The notes beneath the pieces were generated by a model that saw only the letters and a list, made by a program, of their open reading frames with translations, was not told the DNA's origin and ran no database searches. Below are positions 60,328 through 64,000 of a stretch of DNA of 64,000 bases, in pieces (within the stretch, counting starts at the first letter, position 1; every line of letters starts with the position of its first letter). The position numbers were made by a program, and so were the translations under genes. The DNA comes from Thermoplasmatota archaeon. GTDB taxonomy: Archaea; Thermoplasmatota; E2; UBA202; JdFR-43. Location: NCBI GenBank assembly GCA_029259055.1, contig JAPDJP010000014.1, positions 5,935 to 69,934 on the forward strand, in the 5' to 3' direction.

Positions 60328-60546
60328 TTACAAAAATTCCTCAATAGACTTTCTAGTTTGCTTAACTATATATTTCAATACAAATTTGCTTATCTCTTTA
60401 TGTAGTGGGACCCATGTTGTAAGAACTTTACCATTTTCCAATCGCTTTTTAAAAGTCATATGCTTTCTTGTTCTTACGTTCTTAAATCCATTTTTCTCTA
60501 GAACTTCGATTACTTTACGCTGAGGAAGAGGCTTTAATTTTACCAT
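60328..60546 (-). CDS. hicA: HicA-family toxin (YcfA-like mRNA interferase)
   Basis: LPQRKVIEVLEKNGFKNVRTRKHMTFKK pattern of HicA. 72 aa. Confidence 0.55.
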   Translation of the reverse strand: MVKLKPLPQRKVIEVLEKNGFKNVRTRKHMTFKKRLENGKVLTTWVPLHKEISKFVLKYIVKQTRKSIEEFL

Positions 60547-60775
60547 GCGCCTTACCTCTTAAAACAATAGAAGAGAACGTTATTGAAATAGACTTAAAAA
60601 CTTCAATATTTGGCTTTGGTGTGTCAGGATCTTCCATATATTCTTTAATTAAATCTTCCATATTTTCTTTTGCTTCCTTTTGAGTTTTTCCTTGGGTTGC
60701 TAACTCGAATATAGGGCAAAAAGCAATCCACCATTTATCTTCTTTAAACAAAATAATGGGAACCGGTACAGACAT
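60515..60775 (-). CDS. hicB: HicB-family antitoxin (UPF0150)
   Basis: MSVPVPIILFKEDKWWIAFCPIFELATQGKTQKEAKENMEDLIKEYMED matches HicB N-domain pattern. Start trimmed. Confidence 0.5.
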   Translation of the reverse strand: MSVPVPIILFKEDKWWIAFCPIFELATQGKTQKEAKENMEDLIKEYMEDPDTPKPNIEVFKSISITFSSIVLRGKAHGKIKASSSA

Positions 60776-60850
60776 ATCTTTATCACCTTGCATAATACTA
60801 AGTTTTGGCACATATAAATCTCTTTTCATTCAATATATATTTCACCACCA

Positions 60851-60895
60851 TCAAGCATTTAAATACCCTTAAAAATATTTCTAATAGGGGTGAGT
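60851..60895 (+). promoter_or_regulatory. repeated promoter element copy C
   Basis: TCAAGCATTTAAATACCCTTAAAAATATTTCTAATAGGGGTGAGT then ATG. Confidence 0.5.
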
Positions 60896-62770
60896 ATGCG
60901 TTTTGCCCTTCACATAAAACCAGAATACGTAGAAGCTGTGAGCAACGAGCTTTTAAAGAGAGCTAGAGGCTTGTTAGCGTATCCTATCGATACTACCAGC
61001 GTTAGAGTTTCAACAGATTTTCAGGAATACTGGAATGATAATGTGAATTACAATCCTGAGATTCCGAAAGAGATAAAAGAAATGTTAAATCTCTATGATG
61101 GTAGGGAGAAAGACAATATCTACAATGCTTTTATACAGGATAAATATATTGAGGAATTGATCAATGGAGCGAGGGAGATCAAAAGGAAAATTTACATGGA
61201 AAATGTGGGGAGAAAAAGCAGAAAGGAGATAAAAAAGGAGATAAGGCAAGCTGTAAAGAAGTATATGGAAGAAAATGCAGGATTGCTTTTAGAAAGATAT
61301 AAGGAAGAATTGAAGAGAAAAGCGGGAGATGAGTTGAAAAACAAAATAGAGGAATTTTTTTCCGCTAACAATTTGAAGGATTATTATGAAAAGTTGAGCC
61401 ACATAAAATTCGTTGGCATCGACTCTACTTTAGAAGATCCAACCAAGTCTGCTGAAGATTACTTACATTCCCTATTGAAGGAAGAGGCAGCAGCAGACTA
61501 TCTAACTAGAAAGGGGCTTTATTTCATTAGCGGAGACGGAGAGTTGAAGAGAGCAAAGAATTATAAAGAAATATTTCACAAGCTCTCTAAGCAAGAAAGG
61601 AAAAAAGTCAAGGAATATGAAAAGAAGCTTGGGTTGAGGAAGAGCAAATTATTAACATGGATATCTATTGGTAGTCTTCTAGGCTTATCAGCTGCAGCTC
61701 TTGCTTATGCTTCTATGGATCCAGACCATGATGGACTTAGAAATCTGGGCGAGATTCACCATAGAACAGATCCTCACAACCCGGATACAGACGGCGATGG
61801 TATTAACGATTATGAAGAAATATTTAAATATAATACAAATCCTCTTAAACCAGATAGCGATTATGATGGATTAACAGATTTTCAAGAAATCTTTAATTAT
61901 TCAACAGATCCGTTAGACCCGGATTGCGATAAGGATAACTTATTAGACGGTCAAGAAATTGAAAATAAAACCGATCCCTTTTCTATTGATACAGATGGGG
62001 ATTGGATAAGAGATGATCTTGAAATATTTAAACATCATACCGATCCTACAAAGTTAGATACAGACGGCGATGGTATAGATGATTTTAATGAACTTTTTAC
62101 ATATCCTCATATCTTGAATGCTACGAAAAAGGATGCCGAAAAATTACTAAGCAAGATTCCGAATGTACAGCCAATGCCATGGAATGAAAGTAATGACTAT
62201 ATTAAAGAAAATATAGGTGTTTATCCTTGGGAAGGTTTTATAGGAAGATATAAGGTAGATAATTGGGATCACATTATAATTTCTATTTCAAAGCGAGACC
62301 CATTAGTTAAGTTTTTTGCTAAGCACGCTTACATAGAATGGCTTGGACCTAAAAAAGATCCAGGAGGTGAGTGGTCCTATAGCAATGTGGGTATTCTAAA
62401 AACTTACGGTGGAAGAATATCTAAAGAATATGGAAGAGGTGGACCAGTTCAGCCGTCCCACTTCCTCACCTCTGGAAGAATCGGGACTTGTCAGCACGCG
62501 TCAGTTACTGCAGCAACACTTTTACAACTTATGGGATATGATTCAGTACTTGTTTATGGAGACTATGAACCTATTGGTCAAACATTAGGTCATCAATGGG
62601 TAGAGACTGTTATAGATGGTGAGGTATATGTTGTTAACTTTGATGGGTTAGCTCCAAGGGATGAATTTTATTTTTGGAATCCAGACCTTAAGAAAGTTGC
62701 AATTGGTGGGATAGAAGGAGCTTGTATACCTTATGACCCAGACTGGTATAAAAAAGGCTTACATGTGTAG
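60896..62770 (+). CDS. single-pass membrane protein paralog: shared cytoplasmic N-domain, TM, thrombospondin-type-3-like DxDxDGxxD repeats, extracellular transglutaminase-like Cys-His-Asp domain
   Basis: Start at ATG 60896 (track start is GTG). TM LLTWISIGSLLGLSAAALAYA. Repeats DPDHDG, DTDGDGINDYEEI, DSDYDGLTDFQEI, DTDGDGIDDFNEL. GTCQHAS ... GHQWVE ... D. Confidence 0.6.
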   Translation: MRFALHIKPEYVEAVSNELLKRARGLLAYPIDTTSVRVSTDFQEYWNDNVNYNPEIPKEIKEMLNLYDGREKDNIYNAFIQDKYIEELINGAREIKRKIYMENVGRKSRKEIKKEIRQAVKKYMEENAGLLLERYKEELKRKAGDELKNKIEEFFSANNLKDYYEKLSHIKFVGIDSTLEDPTKSAEDYLHSLLKEEAAADYLTRKGLYFISGDGELKRAKNYKEIFHKLSKQERKKVKEYEKKLGLRKSKLLTWISIGSLLGLSAAALAYASMDPDHDGLRNLGEIHHRTDPHNPDTDGDGINDYEEIFKYNTNPLKPDSDYDGLTDFQEIFNYSTDPLDPDCDKDNLLDGQEIENKTDPFSIDTDGDWIRDDLEIFKHHTDPTKLDTDGDGIDDFNELFTYPHILNATKKDAEKLLSKIPNVQPMPWNESNDYIKENIGVYPWEGFIGRYKVDNWDHIIISISKRDPLVKFFAKHAYIEWLGPKKDPGGEWSYSNVGILKTYGGRISKEYGRGGPVQPSHFLTSGRIGTCQHASVTAATLLQLMGYDSVLVYGDYEPIGQTLGHQWVETVIDGEVYVVNFDGLAPRDEFYFWNPDLKKVAIGGIEGACIPYDPDWYKKGLHV

Positions 62771-62975
62771 ACAAACTTAACGATTGAAACAATAATAAGA
62801 AGACAACAATTATCGCAACGATGAAATTCATTGCTTTGCTCTCGGAAGTGTTACCATGGTAGCTACGTGAGTTGAGATGCCAAGAAGCTTAGCTTCTCTA
62901 TTGATCAATGGAATTAACAGAACCAAATAAATTTAAATAATAAATTTGTGTTAATTAAATATATGCTGCGATATC

Positions 62976-63431
62976 TTGTTGGAATTATTCTTATTGTGTT
63001 ATTTTGTTGGAGGGGTTTTCTTCTTCACGAATATAAAAGAAAAGCCTATAAAATGTGTAAATGGAACGATTCCAAAAAGTATTTTTTGCTTAGTAGAAGA
63101 GCCGAAACTCTTACAAGAAAATAGCTACATGGAAATAAAATTCCTATTGGGAAAAAATGAAAAATTAAGTGAGAATGATTATTTAATTCTATTAACGGAT
63201 CTCGATAATGTTTCTGTTCAAAGTAATTTAAAATTCGTCAGATCAAGATATCAGTTTTCAGCGGATATAAAGAACGAAAAGAGAGTTGAAATTAACATTT
63301 CTGGTTACCTTCCGTCGAGAAACAAGGAAATATGGTTCAATAACTCCCTTATTCGCTTGCCAAATCATGTATTGTTATTCGAAATTCAAAAAACTGAGAA
63401 AGGTGTAAAGGTATATGAGATTTATGAATAG
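62976..63431 (+). CDS. small hypothetical protein with hydrophobic N-terminus
   Basis: ORF-track only. Alternative ATG at 62963 in another frame gives a 52-aa TM peptide. Neither is supported by motifs. Confidence 0.25.
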   Translation: MLELFLLCYFVGGVFFFTNIKEKPIKCVNGTIPKSIFCLVEEPKLLQENSYMEIKFLLGKNEKLSENDYLILLTDLDNVSVQSNLKFVRSRYQFSADIKNEKRVEINISGYLPSRNKEIWFNNSLIRLPNHVLLFEIQKTEKGVKVYEIYE

Positions 63432-64000
63432 AACTTTACTTATTACTTTGATATTGTTATTATCACTATTGAGCATTGGATATGCTCCAGATACATGTCC
63501 AATATGCACTCTAAGATATTGTTGTAGTCCGGGATATTGTGATGAAGGTACTATAACTTATTGGACACCAGCTCCATGTACCCATAATCCTGGTGCCCAA
63601 GAATCATCTTGTACAGCAGGTCAGTGGTCTCCATGCCCACAGAATGTGTGGAAGTGCTATGATTATTGTGTTCAGACAAGTGATGAAGAGTGTCCAACAG
63701 ATGAACCATATTGTTATATTATCCAACCAGATCCTAATCCACCTTGTACAGATAACGGGGTACCTGAAGTAGAGCATGGATACTGCGTAGAGTGCTATGA
63801 AAATTATCATTGTCCAGGAACTGATGATGCTTGTGAATGCGGAAAAGATTTTACTTGTAAACCATGTTCTGAAAATGAATATTGTGATAAAAATAGATGC
63901 CGATCAAAGAAAAAATGTGGGACTGGGGTGGGGGAGATGTGTAAGGGATATAATGTAGCAGAATGTGATTTCTTCTATTGTAGCAGAGAAGGAGAGTGTG
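63424..64000 (+). CDS. secreted cysteine-rich protein, 3'-partial (runs off window)
   Basis: ATG at 63424 gives MNRTLLITLILLLSLLSIGYA signal then CPICTLRYCCSPGYCDEG... Cys-rich to window end. Absent from ORF track because there is no stop. Confidence 0.55.
   Translation, partial: MNRTLLITLILLLSLLSIGYAPDTCPICTLRYCCSPGYCDEGTITYWTPAPCTHNPGAQESSCTAGQWSPCPQNVWKCYDYCVQTSDEECPTDEPYCYIIQPDPNPPCTDNGVPEVEHGYCVECYENYHCPGTDDACECGKDFTCKPCSENEYCDKNRCRSKKKCGTGVGEMCKGYNVAECDFFYCSREGEC

Noticed and set aside
62883-62897. Near-palindrome AGAAGCTTAGCTTCT in the 62771..62975 gap
   Set aside because: A single short inverted repeat with a 1-nt loop and no flanking context. It is too small to interpret and may be chance.
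1-64000. CRISPR arrays, transposases/IS elements, integrases
   Set aside because: No spaced direct repeats of 25-40 nt and no transposase- or integrase-like ORFs were seen. The accessory island boundaries are marked only by the repeated promoter element and TA genes.

Overview
The window is AT-rich archaeal chromosome with overlapping start/stop codons and several archaea-specific gene clusters. The supplied ORF track allows GTG/TTG starts, so several listed starts are too far upstream and I corrected them where homology allowed. About 0-54.9 kb is core genome with three conserved clusters. The first is Sm, L37e, purF, HMG-CoA synthase, thiolase and DUF35. The second is L21e, RpoF, DUF655 and KsgA. 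The third is L44e, S27e, eIF2-alpha and Nop10. Five small genes in these clusters (L37e, Sm at its true start, L44e, S27e, Nop10) are missing or mis-started in the ORF track; L21e is listed (8836..9141) and RpoF is correctly placed. Core also holds HMG-CoA reductase, NMNAT, a short Orc1/Cdc6 paralog, a tRNA-Leu, RtcB-archease, succinyl-CoA synthetase, cyclic 2,3-diphosphoglycerate synthetase and archaeal SAM synthetase. An 11-gene same-strand block (26.4-37.8 kb) joins a four-subunit 2-oxoacid:ferredoxin oxidoreductase, HdrA-MvhDGA with a maturation protease, HdrCB and an SdhB/SdhA-like pair. With sucCD nearby this reads as a reductive succinate to 2-oxoglutarate branch driven by an H2:heterodisulfide module. 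Together with cpgS it points to a methanogen-like euryarchaeon, but that is inference. A 360-nt gap at 48.95-49.3 kb holds a GC-rich hairpin and a strong candidate C/D-box sRNA. From about 54.9 kb to the window end is an accessory island. A roughly 55-nt promoter plus start-codon element occurs three times. The island carries an MNT antitoxin with a HepT stump truncated by an inserted AbiEi/AbiEii cassette, a HicAB pair, and three Cys-rich secreted proteins, one of them apparently split by a frameshift in an A-run. It also carries two paralogous single-pass membrane proteins. These share a cytoplasmic N-terminal domain, an 81-nt near-identical tract just before the transmembrane helix, and DxDGD calcium-binding-like repeats. 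Their extracellular catalytic domains differ: a legumain/GPI8-like (C13, caspase-fold) His-Cys peptidase in one and a transglutaminase-like Cys-His-Asp domain in the other. I consider this cassette-swapped transpeptidase/transglutaminase pair plus Cys-rich secreted proteins the most likely undescribed system in the window. No CRISPR array or transposase was seen.
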